Part shown: piece by piece, positions 36,813-48,333 of the stretch | Layout of the letters: the number at the start of each line of letters is the position of its first letter | Numbering within the stretch: the stretch's first letter is position 1 | Source of the DNA: Octopus vulgaris | Taxonomy: Eukaryota | Length of the DNA: 64,000 bases | Reading direction: 5' to 3' | NCBI GenBank assembly: GCA_951406725.2 | Contig: OX597821.1 | Coordinates: 76,508,001-76,572,000, forward strand | Translations under genes and position numbers: made by a program | The notes under the pieces: generated by a model | Databases searched by the model: none | Seen by the model: only the letters and a program-made list of their open reading frames with translations | What the model was told of the DNA's origin: nothing

Positions 36813-39800
36813 CGCACACAGACAATGGTCTTCCATACATTTTCCACCTATCGATCTCACTCACAGAACATTGGGTAAGCCGAGGGTACAGAAGAAATCT
36901 CAGGAAGAGAACTTAAGACCCTGTGGCAACAAACTGAAGTTCAAACTGGATCAGCCACACCTGCGCATTAACGTATTTCTATTGCTTCCTTCCTAATCAC
37001 TCAAGCAACTTTAAAGATAACATTCGGTGCTTCTTTGGCGTGCGATCTACAAGGGAGATTACGTTATTTTTTAGTTTATTTTTCAATTTCTAAAAACCCG
37101 TAAGATGTTGGCTAAAGATTTTTACAGTGTGATCAGCGACGAGACGAAGGCAGTTGTATTTTTACTGGAAACCAGCCTTAAATTCACATCATTTCTTTCG
37201 AAAAAGGTGCGACTTTGCCGTGTTATCTACAATTTTAAAGGGAGATTACTTTTGGCTACTTTTTTATTTTGTACTGATACTACTTCCCGTGTGATCTACG
37301 TGAGCAAATTTATTTTAGTGGGTGATCAACGTGCTTATTTTCAATTATTATATGGGTTTTCTTGTTATTAGAATAGTAAGAATTTTGAAAAAATACATTT
37401 CCAATGCTAAGTATGTACAAAATAATTTTAAAAGTAACCTAAAGTAATCTCCTTTGTAGACCACACGTCAAAGGAGCACCTAATATTCCTACTCCAGAGA
37501 AACTCAGAGAATTAAAAAGAATTACTACTATTAAACTGAATGTGTCATCGCTAGCAGGATGGTTTAAGGGACAAAGAGAACGAGGAAAGTGTTAACACAA
37601 GAAATTAAAAAAAAAAAAGTAAAACTGTACCTTTACGAAAGAGAGATGCACTGGGTGAACGGAACTGAGAAGTATAGGCTGGTTTGGCAGCTTTCATTTT
37701 GGAAAAAGAACATTTGTCAGCAATGTCTTGGAAAAGTTGGTCATTTCGAGGAAGTTCTAAAAATTCAGCTAGCTTAGCAATGATACCAATTGGATCCTAG
37801 ACAAAATATAAAAGACACAAACTGTTATGTAGTTTAAAATACAAGTGAAAAAAAAAACTCTTACAGTAAGCACTATTAGATTAAATTAATCATCCGTGTA
37901 TCATATTTAATGCAGATACATCGCTAAAGACAAATTTACTGCAGAATTCGTCTGAAGATAATATCCTTTATCGAAGCACTGTATTTAAAAACGTACTGAT
38001 AAATATATTTTTGTGTTTTTAAACACAATACGAACATGAAGGATATTATCTCTGGACGAATACCTTAGTTAATTCGCCTTTTCACGATATATCTGCATTA
38101 AATATGATACACAGATAGCTATCTTACTCTAAAAACAGAACACAATCTCATCACTTTATGTGCATCATCATCGTTATTTTACATCTGCTTTCCATGCTGC
38201 CATGGGTTGGACGAGTCAATGTATTCCAAGTCAGTTCACATTTGAAGCTAAGGCATTCCTAAATGGATTGAAAGACTTCATCTCATGTGTACATTCCATT
38301 TCTATTTTTGGCCTGATTTCTACGGCCAGATGCCCTTCCTCACACCACACCAACTACTTTATTGAGTGGTTTAATAGTGTCTCCATTAGAATTTTCTATT
38401 TCTCTGCAAATGAAGATATCTTCAATAATCATACTCCATATTATAATCAGACCTTGCATGCTAAAGGCGGCGAGCTGGGAGAATCGCTAGCGTCCATAAT
38501 ACTAATAGCTGTAATAGTAATAATTTTGTATTGTGTGTGTGTGTGTGTCTGTCTGTCTGTCTCTCTCTGTCTGTCTGTCTGTCTGTCTGTCTGTGCGTGC
38601 GTGCGTGCATGTGTGTGTAGCGAATAGCTTCTTGGGTTCTTGGCCATGGTTTGAAACGAATCAAGATTTTTCTAAGAGTTCCTTTTTATTGTTCTTGGCA
38701 TTAGCATTTAGAAATTTATGACGGTCAACTATCAAACTTTAAAATGTAATAATATAAACCCAACACGAATGGCCACATTTGCGCGAGTCTAGGCCATGAC
38801 TCATAGCACAGGTGCGCTGCGCAGCATGCGCGAGTCGTCAAAATTTTTCCATTCTGCCTATACAATGGGTTTATATTGGTACATTAAATATTTGCATTTA
38901 ATAATTCTTAATTGCTATGTTTAAATCGAACTTTACATGTAACTTTTAATTCTTTGTCGATTGATATCAAATTTTATTTATGTTCTGAGGCAACTTTTAT
39001 AAGTGAGGTACATCTGTGTTATTTTTCCGCAAGCATGGAATATAGTCTGGACAGGGGTATATTCTGGGCTGTTACAACGGCCGTGACACCGGCTCATTTA
39101 CGACATAGTCTGCAGAGGTTGTGGAGAGGTTGCGACTTATTTTCATCATCATACATTTACGAAAGCCTAATATTTTCGACATATTTATCATCGTAAGTTC
39201 ATTCTTCATTTTACCTTTTATGTTTGTATTAAGCATCAATAAGTAAGGACCTAATAAGCCAATAAAAAAGACAAGCTAGTAGCGCTGTCATAATTAAGAC
39301 GTTCGTTCTGCATAAAGCACCTAGCGACTTTTAATTGAACTCTTTTGAAGTAGCTACAAGGCGTTACAATTGTAAGAAACTTGACCTAAGTCCAACTGAA
39401 TGACTAAAATGAGGATATTGAAGTAAAACAAAATTATCCAATTTCAAAATAACTTCTGCATGAATATGAATTTACTGTGCTTTGAAAAATTTCTTATATA
39501 TATATATATATATATATTATATATTACATATTATATATTATATATGTATAATAAGAAATACTAAATTTCTAAATCTCTCGTAGAGACATGTACGGTGGTG
39601 GGGCGATAGAATGGTTGTATACTGTCAATCTAACACGAACGTGACAGTAGGGGGGTACACCACCGCTGTATAGCCCTAGGAAGCATTGACGCCTCCTGAT
39701 GGCTTTGACACATTTTTCCCTGTGTCTTTATATACATTTACGAAGGGGAAACAAACACCCCCGGCCGCCGGAGCTGCATCTAGGGGACACGTGTTTCAGG

Positions 39801-40699
39801 ATCATTGTCCTTCTTCGGCCTATAAGGACACAGGGAAAAATGTGTCAAAGCCATCAGGAGGCGTCGATGCTTCCTAGGGCTATACAGCGGTGGTGTACCA
39901 CCCTACTGTCACGTTTGTGTTAGATTGACAGTATACAACCATTCATTATATATGTATTTATACTGATAAAAGTAACAAAATTTCCTCAACAGAGTGAAAT
40001 AGTTCAAAATTCTGTGCATTTACAGTACGGCATTTACCTATTGTTATTATATTTATTTGTAGAATGTCTTTTACAAAGAAAAGGAGATACGATGTGTCAT
40101 ATTTTAGGTTCGGTTTCTCCGTGCTTACTACTGGTGGAGAGGAAAAACCACAGTGTGTCCTTTGCTCTGGGGTATTGGCAGCTCCTTCGCTGAAACCCAG
40201 CAGACTAAAGAGGCATTTGGAAACGAAACATCAAGTGCAGTCAACAAAGACAAGGAATTTTTCAGACACCAAACTGAAAGATTGGTCAAATCTAGGTTTG
40301 ATGAGTCGGGAATGTGTCTGCAGGACGTCTGAAAGCCTCTTACGAGGTTTCAAGGAAAATTGTTGCAGCAAAAAAACCTCATAACGTTGGAGAGAAGTTC
40401 TTCCTTGCTGCAAAGATATAATCTCACTCGTGCTCGGAACGTCCGAATTACAGAAGCTTAAATATGTTTCACTTTCCAATAACACCGTCAGTCGACGAAT
40501 CGCTGAGATGTCTGATAATATGTTGTCTCAGGCCATCTCAAATGTAAAAACATCAATGTTTCACTATGCCACCATCCAAACTGATGAAACCACTGATGTG
40601 GCGGATTTAGTACAACTTTGTGCTTATGTATGTCACATGCGTTACAAACTCTCTACTGCACCCACCGTATTCTTCTTATATAGCGCCTTCAGATTATCA

Positions 40700-40741
<42 letters not shown>

Positions 40742-41208
40742 CAAGAGTCTGCGAGACATTTCGTTCAACAACGGTATAGAGCTGACAACGTGCTTTGATG
40801 AATTCTTCGAGTCAAGACCGGGTGATTTCTATTAGCAAGGCATTGACAAGTTAGTGGAACGTTGGCAAGAAGTTGTAAAGCAGAATATATTGTTGAGTGA
40901 CTTGTTAAAATCGTTGATGAAAAATAAGGATTAAAATAAATGGAGAAAAAAAATCAATGAATTTATTTGACAGTTCAATATCTGGAACAATAAGAAATAA
41001 TAAAACGCAAGGAGATTTATCGTGATTTACCTTTTTGACATCTTCATACCTTAGTATAAGGATGGGTAGTTCAGGGTGGTCTTTGATATCCTTCTCCCAC
41101 TGTAACATATATTGAAACCAGTTGCCATAATTCACTGAAACGAGACAAAATAAACTATTGTATCTTCAACAATGGTTACAGTATTCTTTATTCTTTTGCT
41201 GTTGTGAC

Positions 41209-41242
<34 letters not shown>

Positions 41243-42026
41243 TAACATTTTTTAGTGTTTAAATGAACCCATTGACTCCAATTAATCCTCATCACGATTT
41301 GATGTCATCTACTCTCAGCAGGCTCTCCATTCAGTAGAGAACAGAAGAAATTTGTGAAAATATATTTCTTTACTATCCACAAGGGGCTAAACACGGAGGG
41401 GCAAACAGAGACAGACAAACAGATTAAGTCGATTACATCGACCCCAGTGCGTAACTGGTACTTGATTTATCGACCCCGAAAGGATGAAAGGCAAAGTCGA
41501 CTTCGGCGGAATTTGAACTCAGAATATAACGGCAGACGAAATACGGCTACGCATTTCGCCCGGCGTGCTAACGATTCTGCCAGCTCGCTGCCTTAAAATT
41601 TGCAAAAATATTCGTAATGATTGAAGATTTGTTTTTCATACCTTTGCCTTCTGTAATCAGATGAAAGTAACCGTTCCAATCTCCATCGTAGTGATACAAT
41701 TCTGCCATTTGAAACAAATGATGATACGAAGAGACAGCAATGTCGCGAGGGTTGCGGGTCATGAAAACCATTTTAGGTTTTTTGGTAAATATCTCTCGTG
41801 GCAGATGATGCAGGTGGAGATGACTGTTTAGAACTCTGGGTGATGGAAGTTGATCTAGACTGGCTTGCGGAGCCCTCTCCAGCATTGCAGCGGTTTTATC
41901 TTGGAGGCTGTATTCGGCAGAGCCTTTCAGTAACATTCCGGATATTTCCCACATCCAATGACAACCTGCGACAGAAAGCTTCAAACGTTTATGAACAGTA
42001 CAAAATAAATATGAAGAAATACAAAT

Positions 42027-42077
<51 letters not shown>

Positions 42078-44599
42078 ATACATACATACATGCATACATA
42101 CATACATACATATATAAAACAGTGGCCCACAATGTGTTTGCAGTGCCAGTACCCATACCAACATTTGGGTTGTTTGATTGGATCCGAGCCATTGGTGTGA
42201 AAACCCAGTTGATACTAACCAATACACATAATTTCCACATAACCAGGGACGTAAACCGCCTCTACCTAAAATGAAAGCAAGGCGGCAGAGGCTTAACATA
42301 GATCCAAAATGCCTTTGAATGTCGCATCATATCCATAGGCCAAAATCTGTTAACCACCAAGTGTCGAAGTGCATCTCTTGACCAAGTTTGCATACATGAG
42401 GCTAATAACACCATAAGACTTGGAAAGCAGCTCTTTGAGCAGTATTCCTTGTCTGATAACCTTAAATATATGCGCAAAGAAGTCGCGACGCTAACGCAAC
42501 GTATCATCAGATGAAAGGATGAGCGTATATCAACAGAAGACCATGCATGGATATGTTAGTAGAAAGCTCCGAGATGATAGTAACACTGGTCATGGAAGCA
42601 GTTTATCATGGACTAACAAACGGATTACTACCTCCCACTTTGAAGGGTATGCGTTTGCAATCCAGGAACAGGAAATATCAACCAAATACCTGATGCACAA
42701 AAGGGACAGAAATGCAGACGAAGCAGTAAAATGTGACAACTGAAGCAGACTTTGTGTAGTTGCCACCGCAGATATCAGCCACATCATCAGCAGTTGTCTG
42801 AAAATGTCATCACAATATTATCTACCGATGAGACATGATGTTGTAGCTAGGACACTGTATAGTGAGATCCGTCTGAAGGATAATCTCGAGGACAAAGAAA
42901 TAAGAACCCACAGTACGGTGGAAACCATAGCTACTCATTAAAAAAGGAATATTGGTGGAATGTTCTAGTGAAGATCTCAATAAAAACAGAATACAACTCT
43001 AAAGAGATTACAAGTCCGGATTTATACCAGTAATTATTGGGGCCCTGGGATATGTAACGCACTGCTTAAATACCAATCTTGAGAAATTAGGCTTCTCAAA
43101 ACAGAAAGGAAACTACAGATCTAATCCATCACTGGAACTGTAAAAATCTGTAAAGCTTTCCAGAAGTTTATCATTTAAATATATATGAGCATGTCTAGAT
43201 ATGCAACTATATGCATGAGAATACATACATAAAGAAAAACACAAATTTGCACATATACATACATACATACATACATACATACATACATACATACATACAT
43301 GCATACATACATGCATACATACATACATACATACATACATACATACATACATACATACATACATACATACATAACATACATACATACATAACATACACAC
43401 CCTGTTGGTGTTGTTGAAATTCCAATGAAGGAACTTTGGATCTAGGTTAGAAACCGGCTCTTTCCCTATTGGTAAGAAATCTTGAGACAAAATTGAATTA
43501 TGATTTCAAATTATGCCACAAGTGCAGCTATTTGGTAGGAGGGGATAAGTCGATTACATTGACCCCAGTGTTCAACTGGTACTTATTTTATCGACCCCGT
43601 AACGATGAAAGGTAAAGTCGGCCTTGGCGGAATTTGCACTCAGAACGTAGCGACGGGCGAAATATCGCGAAGCATTTCGTCAAGCGCGCTAACTATTTTG
43701 CCAGCTCACCGCCTTAAAACTGAATAATGACATACATACATACATGCATACATACATACATACATACATACATACATACATACATACATACATACATACA
43801 TACATACATACATACATAAAAAACAAAACAAAACAAAACAAAAATGGAACAAGAATGTAACAGGCCACAACAAAACATCCGGACATTTAGACAATACAAA
43901 AAAAAAAAGGACAGGAAAAAAGCAAGGACGGGTCATTCGGAGCTTTCAATCTTCAGTCGAGCACCAGATCGTCCTAGCAGTTTCGGCTGGTTACTCTCGA
44001 GACTGCTCTAAATCTGGCCGGCCCCAAGAAAATCTAAGCTAAGAGCACTAGATTTTTTAGAAGAAAGCAAGTGAATGTATACGAAAACAATCCATGCATA
44101 CATACATGCACACATGCACGTACGCACATATATACACATACACATATACATGCATGCATGCATTCATCCATCCCTCCCTCCCTCCATCCATCCAGCCAGC
44201 CAGCCAGCCAGCCGGAAGAAGCAGCTAGATTTCCTTCATAACGTTTTAATTAATTCAAACTTTAATGCTTGAAAAACAAAATAGGAATTTTGAAAAAAGT
44301 TTCTATAAAACTAGTTTTTAAACATGGAAGGGCAATGAGAGTCTAGCGGAATATAATAGAAACCAAAGGTTCCATCAGTATGAAAATGGTTGAGAACCGC
44401 TGATTTAGACAAATACCACTACAGAATACATACCTGCTTTCATGTAGCCGAGAAGAAAGACATCATCATTTCTTATCGCCATATCAGGAAGTTTTTCGAG
44501 ATTTTCGTGAACATTTGGGAATGGTGGAACCAGAAAGCCATTGTAGTCATAACTGAGCAGTTCATATCCTGCAGGATCTTTGTAGAATACTTCAGGCAT
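34795..44599 (-). CDS. Cytosolic sulfotransferase (SULT1-like), 5 coding exons, 293 aa
   Basis: Exons 44599-44434, 41965-41642, 41134-41031, 37796-37631 and 34916-34795 total 882 nt, all GT-AG, with consistent phases 1/1/0/1. Motifs YMKAGCHW (5'-PSB loop), NSHL (catalytic His), RNPRDIAVS (3'-PB), YEDVK and [18 protein letters not shown]. Confidence 0.92.
37026..37479. mobile_element. MITE with ~38-bp TIRs in sulfotransferase intron 4
   Basis: ggtgcttctttggcgtgcgatctacaagggagattac / gtaatctcctttgtagaccacacgtcaaaggagcacc. Confidence 0.7.
37631..37796 (-). CDS. Sulfotransferase coding exon 4 ([13 protein letters not shown]...SLFRK)
   Basis: ttttgtctag acceptor, G|gtacag donor. Not in the ORF track. 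Confidence 0.9.
37892..38116. repeat. ~225-bp imperfect palindrome about 95 bp from the exon 4 acceptor
   Basis: atccgtgtatcatatttaatgcagata... / ...tatctgcattaaatatgatacacagat. Confidence 0.75.
39609..39944. repeat. Near-perfect inverted repeat, ~122-bp arms, ~90-bp GC-rich spacer
   Basis: gaatggttgtatactgtcaatctaacac...ttccctgtgtc / gacacagggaa...gtgttagattgacagtatacaaccattc. Confidence 0.9.
40064..40635 (+). mobile_element. hAT (Buster/Charlie, ZBED5/SCAND3-like) transposase fragment
   Basis: [39 protein letters not shown] and IQTDETTD, with frameshifts. Confidence 0.85.
40640..40900 (+). mobile_element. Mariner transposase C-terminal fragment with a (CT)n expansion
   Basis: [15 protein letters not shown]...[16 protein letters not shown]. 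Confidence 0.75.
41031..41134 (-). CDS. Sulfotransferase coding exon 3 (VNYGNWF...YEDVKK)
   Basis: tcgtttcag acceptor, AAG|gtaaat donor. Confidence 0.92.
41642..41965 (-). CDS. Sulfotransferase coding exon 2 (GCHWMWEI...LITEGK)
   Basis: ctgtcgcag acceptor, G|gtatg donor. Contains SPRVLNSHL and RNPRDIAVS. Confidence 0.92.
42235..43250 (+). mobile_element. RLE-type non-LTR retrotransposon 3' portion; a shorter copy of the same 3' end lies at about 44955-45130
   Basis: [38 protein letters not shown] and [10 protein letters not shown], followed by (TACA)n. Confidence 0.78.
44434..44599 (-). CDS. Sulfotransferase coding exon 1 (MPEVFY...LLGYMKA)
   Basis: Acceptor atttttgcag before 44620 implies an upstream non-coding exon. 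Donor G|gtatgt. Confidence 0.88.
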
Positions 44600-45129
44600 G
44601 TTGAGCGTTTATGGTTATCTCTGCAAAAATGAATCAGTTAATATATTAAGTGTATGGATGATTATTGCATTTAATACGAAGGAAGTAGATAATCCTTTGA
44701 TGATATCTAGAGATGTGAGGGGGTGGTTAAGATAAGAAATAATATCATTTCTATTATAGGCACAAGGCCCGAAATTTGTGGGGAGGGGACCAATCGATTA
44801 CATTGGCACCAGTGTTTCACTGGAGCTTAATTTATCGAGGCCGAAAGGATGAAAGGCAAAGTCGACCTCCGCGAAATTTCAGCTCAAAACGTAAAGACAG
44901 ATGAGATGTTGCTAAGCATTTTGTCCGACGCGCTCGCTGCTTTAGGATAAGACATTATTGGGGCCCTGGGATATGTAACACACTGCTTAAATACCAATCT
45001 TGAGAAATTAGGCTTCTCAAAACCAGAAAGGGGAAAGCTGTTTCGAAGACTACAAATCCAATCCATCACTGGAACTGTAAGTATATATGAGCATGTCTAG
45101 ATATGCAACTATATGCATGAGAATACATA

Positions 45130-46310
45130 CTTTTCTACTCTAGGCACAAGGCTCGAAATTTGGGGGGAGGGAGTCAGTCGATTAGATCGACCCCAATACG
45201 CAACTGCTACTTAATTTATCGACCCCGAAAGGATGAAAGGCAAAGTCGACCTCGGTGGAATTTTAACTCAGAACGTAAAGACAGACGAAATACTGCTAAG
45301 CATTTCGCCCAGCATGCTAATGTTTCTTATTTCTTTATTGCCCTCAAGGGGCTAAACACAGAGGGGACAAACAAGGACAGAAAAATGGATTAAGTCGATT
45401 ATATCGACCCTAGTGCGTAACTGGTACTTATTTAATCAACCTCGAAAGGATGAAAGGCAAAGTCGACATTGGCGGAATTTGAACTCAGAACGTAAAGACT
45501 GGCGAAATACCGCAAAGCATTTCGCCCGGCGTGCTAACGATTCTCCCAGCTCGCCTGTACTTTTTCACCACGTCTGTGTTCAAATTCCACCGAGGTCGAC
45601 TTTGCCTTTCATCCTTTCAATGTCGATGAAAAAAGTACCAGTTATGCACGAGGATCCATGTAATCGATTAGCCACCTTCTCCAAAACATTTTCAAGGCCT
45701 TGTGTCTGGAGTAGAAATAATTATATCTTAGTATACACAAAGGCGGAGGCGAGCTGGCGGAATCGTTAGCACAGCGGACGAAATGCTTAGCGGTATTTCG
45801 TCTACCGCTACGTTCTGAGTTCAAATTCTGCCGAGGTCGACTTTACCTTTCATCCTTTCGGGGTCGATTAAATAAGTGACAGTTACGCACTGGGGTCGAT
45901 ATAATCGACTTAATCCCTTTGTCTGTCCTTGTTTTTCCTCTCTGTGTTTAGCCCCTTGTGGGGTAGTAAAGAAATAGGTATTTCGTCTGCTGCTACGTTC
46001 TGAGCTGAAATTCCGCCGAGGTCGACTTTGCCTTCCGTCCTTTCGGGATTTTTGTAATCAACAGTCTCCCTCCACAAATATTTCAGACCTTGTGCTTATC
46101 CAAGAAAGGATTATATTTTAGTATATACAAAGGTGGCGAACCAGCAGAATCGTTAACGTGTCGGACCAAATGCTAAGCGGCATTTCTTTCGGATGTTTAC
46201 GTTCTGAGTTCAAATCCCACGGAGGTCAACTTTGCCTCTCGTCTTTCGATGTGATCGACTTGACCTCCTCCTTCAAAATTGCAGGCCTTGTGCTAAAATT
46301 AGAAAGAATT
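45130..46310. mobile_element. Cluster of SINE family A copies in both orientations, including dimers
   Basis: Minus dimer at 45130-45557, plus copies at about 45565-45720, 45748-46110 and 46132-46310. Confidence 0.8.
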
Positions 46311-47141
46311 ATAGTATAGTATAGTATCCCATGCCATATCGCGGTTCACCTATCACGCACTAAGTACATCGCAGATGAAGCGAATAAAAAATGCGCTGAG
46401 AGAGAGGGGGTGGAGGAAAAGAGAGAGAAAGAGAGAGGATGTGGAGGAGAGAGAGAGGGGGAGAGTGATGTATAAATCATGTAAGGGACGCAACTCTGTT
46501 ATATCGCCAAAATTGTGAGTGATGAAAAATATTGGGAAGCCCCGATTGTCTGGAATAGCAACGAGCTATTTCCCTAGCAATTACATTAGCAACTAATAAT
46601 CTTAAATTTCTTGGCTTTATTGAATGCAAATGAATAAAAAAAAAACACCAACTTCGATGATAAGGGATTTGATTTTGGAAATAGACAGAACCAGAGCAAC
46701 AAGTTCAACCTCGTTGTACAGATTTCTTATAATTGTGTTGCTAAAAGACAAGTGGCTTAGTGGTTAAAGGTATTGTACGCACGATCAGAAAATCGCTGTT
46801 TCGATTCCGTGAGCGGGCAGTGCGTTGCATTCTTGTGCAGAACACTTCATCTCACATTGTTCCCGTCCAATCAGCTACAAATGAGTTCTACGTTTGAAAA
46901 GTTCAACCTGCATCGGATTGGCATCCCGTTGAAGGAGAATAAGTAACCAGACCTAGGAGGTCTAAGGCGTGAAGCAGTGATGTCCAAAGGACCACCAACT
47001 CGTTCCTGTTTCTGTTTTCTTTATTTAATTTTGTTATATAATTTCGTTTCTTTAGAATCCACAAAACCACTGTAGTTGTGAATGTACCGAAAGGGCAATG
47101 GAAAGAAAACGGTCTAATACATTAGCATTTTTTTAAATGTT

Positions 47142-47367
47142 GTTGTATTTAGGAATGGTCATGTTGCCAGTTTAGCCAATAAAAACACACGCTCTATATA
47201 TTTGGTGTTAATTTGCTTCAGCTTTATTTATTTTTTACATTAATCTTAAGATTAAAATAAGATTAAGATTAATGTAAAAAATAAAAAAATAAATAAATTA
47301 ACACCAAATATATAGTGCGTGTGTTTTTATTGGCTAAACTGGCAAAATGACCATTCCTAAATACAAC
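47142..47367. repeat. ~225-bp palindrome followed by a tail shared with the 59.3-kb palindrome
   Basis: gttgtatttaggaatggtcat...ttaatctta / taagattaa...atgaccattcctaaatacaac. Confidence 0.88.
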
Positions 47368-47612
47368 GTCTGTTTCAACACACGATTTCACATCAAGAAT
47401 CTTGCAAAACAAATATATAAACGTAAAAATGTTTTAAAATGTTAACGAATTAAATTGATATACAACAGCCGAGGCGTGCTGATTTCGTTGCTCGATCAGT
47501 TTAAAAGCAGGAAGATCTCCATCAAATGTTACAACACGACAAGACACCAAAACACATATTGGACAATGTTGCACTAAAAATATGTGTGGGCCATGGTTTG
47601 AATATTCTAGAC

Positions 47613-48333
47613 CAGCGCTTCTTAAACTATGGGTCGTGACCCTCCAAATGGGGTCGCGAAAATTAAATTCAAACACGTGAATTTCAGTTTGTATGTTATT
47701 TCTGAAATGGCATTTCATGTTCTTCTGTCATTTAGCATCATATACCTATGTGAAACGACTTGTTCAGCTTTAACCCTTATTAAGACCAAATATCGGTCAA
47801 CGCTGAAAAACGTAGAAAACACTTTGTGTCCAGCAGTGTCAAATATTACACCAAGGTTTAATTTGTTATGCAACAAAAAGCAAGCACATTCGTCACATTG
47901 GTTTTTACTTTGGTTTGTTTTTGTACTTGGAACAAATCTTAAAACTACTTTTATTCTGACAAATAATATAACTACTTTTTTTATAAGTATTGGGCTGGTG
48001 CATAATTATTGCGGCTGTTTTTCAACCAAATTTTATTCAACAAAAACAATAACAATATTTAACAAAAACATCTTTAAATGACGGTCTGACCGTCTGCCAA
48101 GCAAATGAGAAGCAGTAATTGAAGTAGGTGGTGAATATGCTCCGGAATAATCATTTAAAGATGTTTTTGTTAAATATTGTACCGCAAATGCACCAACCCA
48201 ATATACTGTTCAGCAAAAAAATTAATGATTTATGTATTTATTTGTATGTTTTATTTCATATTTAATAACTGGGGTCGCGAAAAATCACGTGATGAAAAAT
48301 GGGGTCCTGAATGAAAAAGTTTAGGAAGCACTG
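47613..48333 (+). mobile_element. Non-autonomous hAT (Charlie-like) element with a nested mariner MITE (about 47988-48205)
   Basis: cagcgcttcttaaact...agtttaggaagcactg TIRs. Flanks ttctagac / ctctagaa fit the nTCTAGAn target. YLCETTCSALTLIKTKYRS dimerisation-domain remnant. Confidence 0.8.

Noticed and set aside
40064-40635. Domesticated ZBED/SCAND3-like gene
   Set aside because: Frameshifted fragment inside an intron and fused to a mariner remnant.
46340-46385. Candidate non-coding first exon of the sulfotransferase (donor AG|gtgaac at 46350)
   Set aside because: Plausible, but supported only by a donor-like motif.
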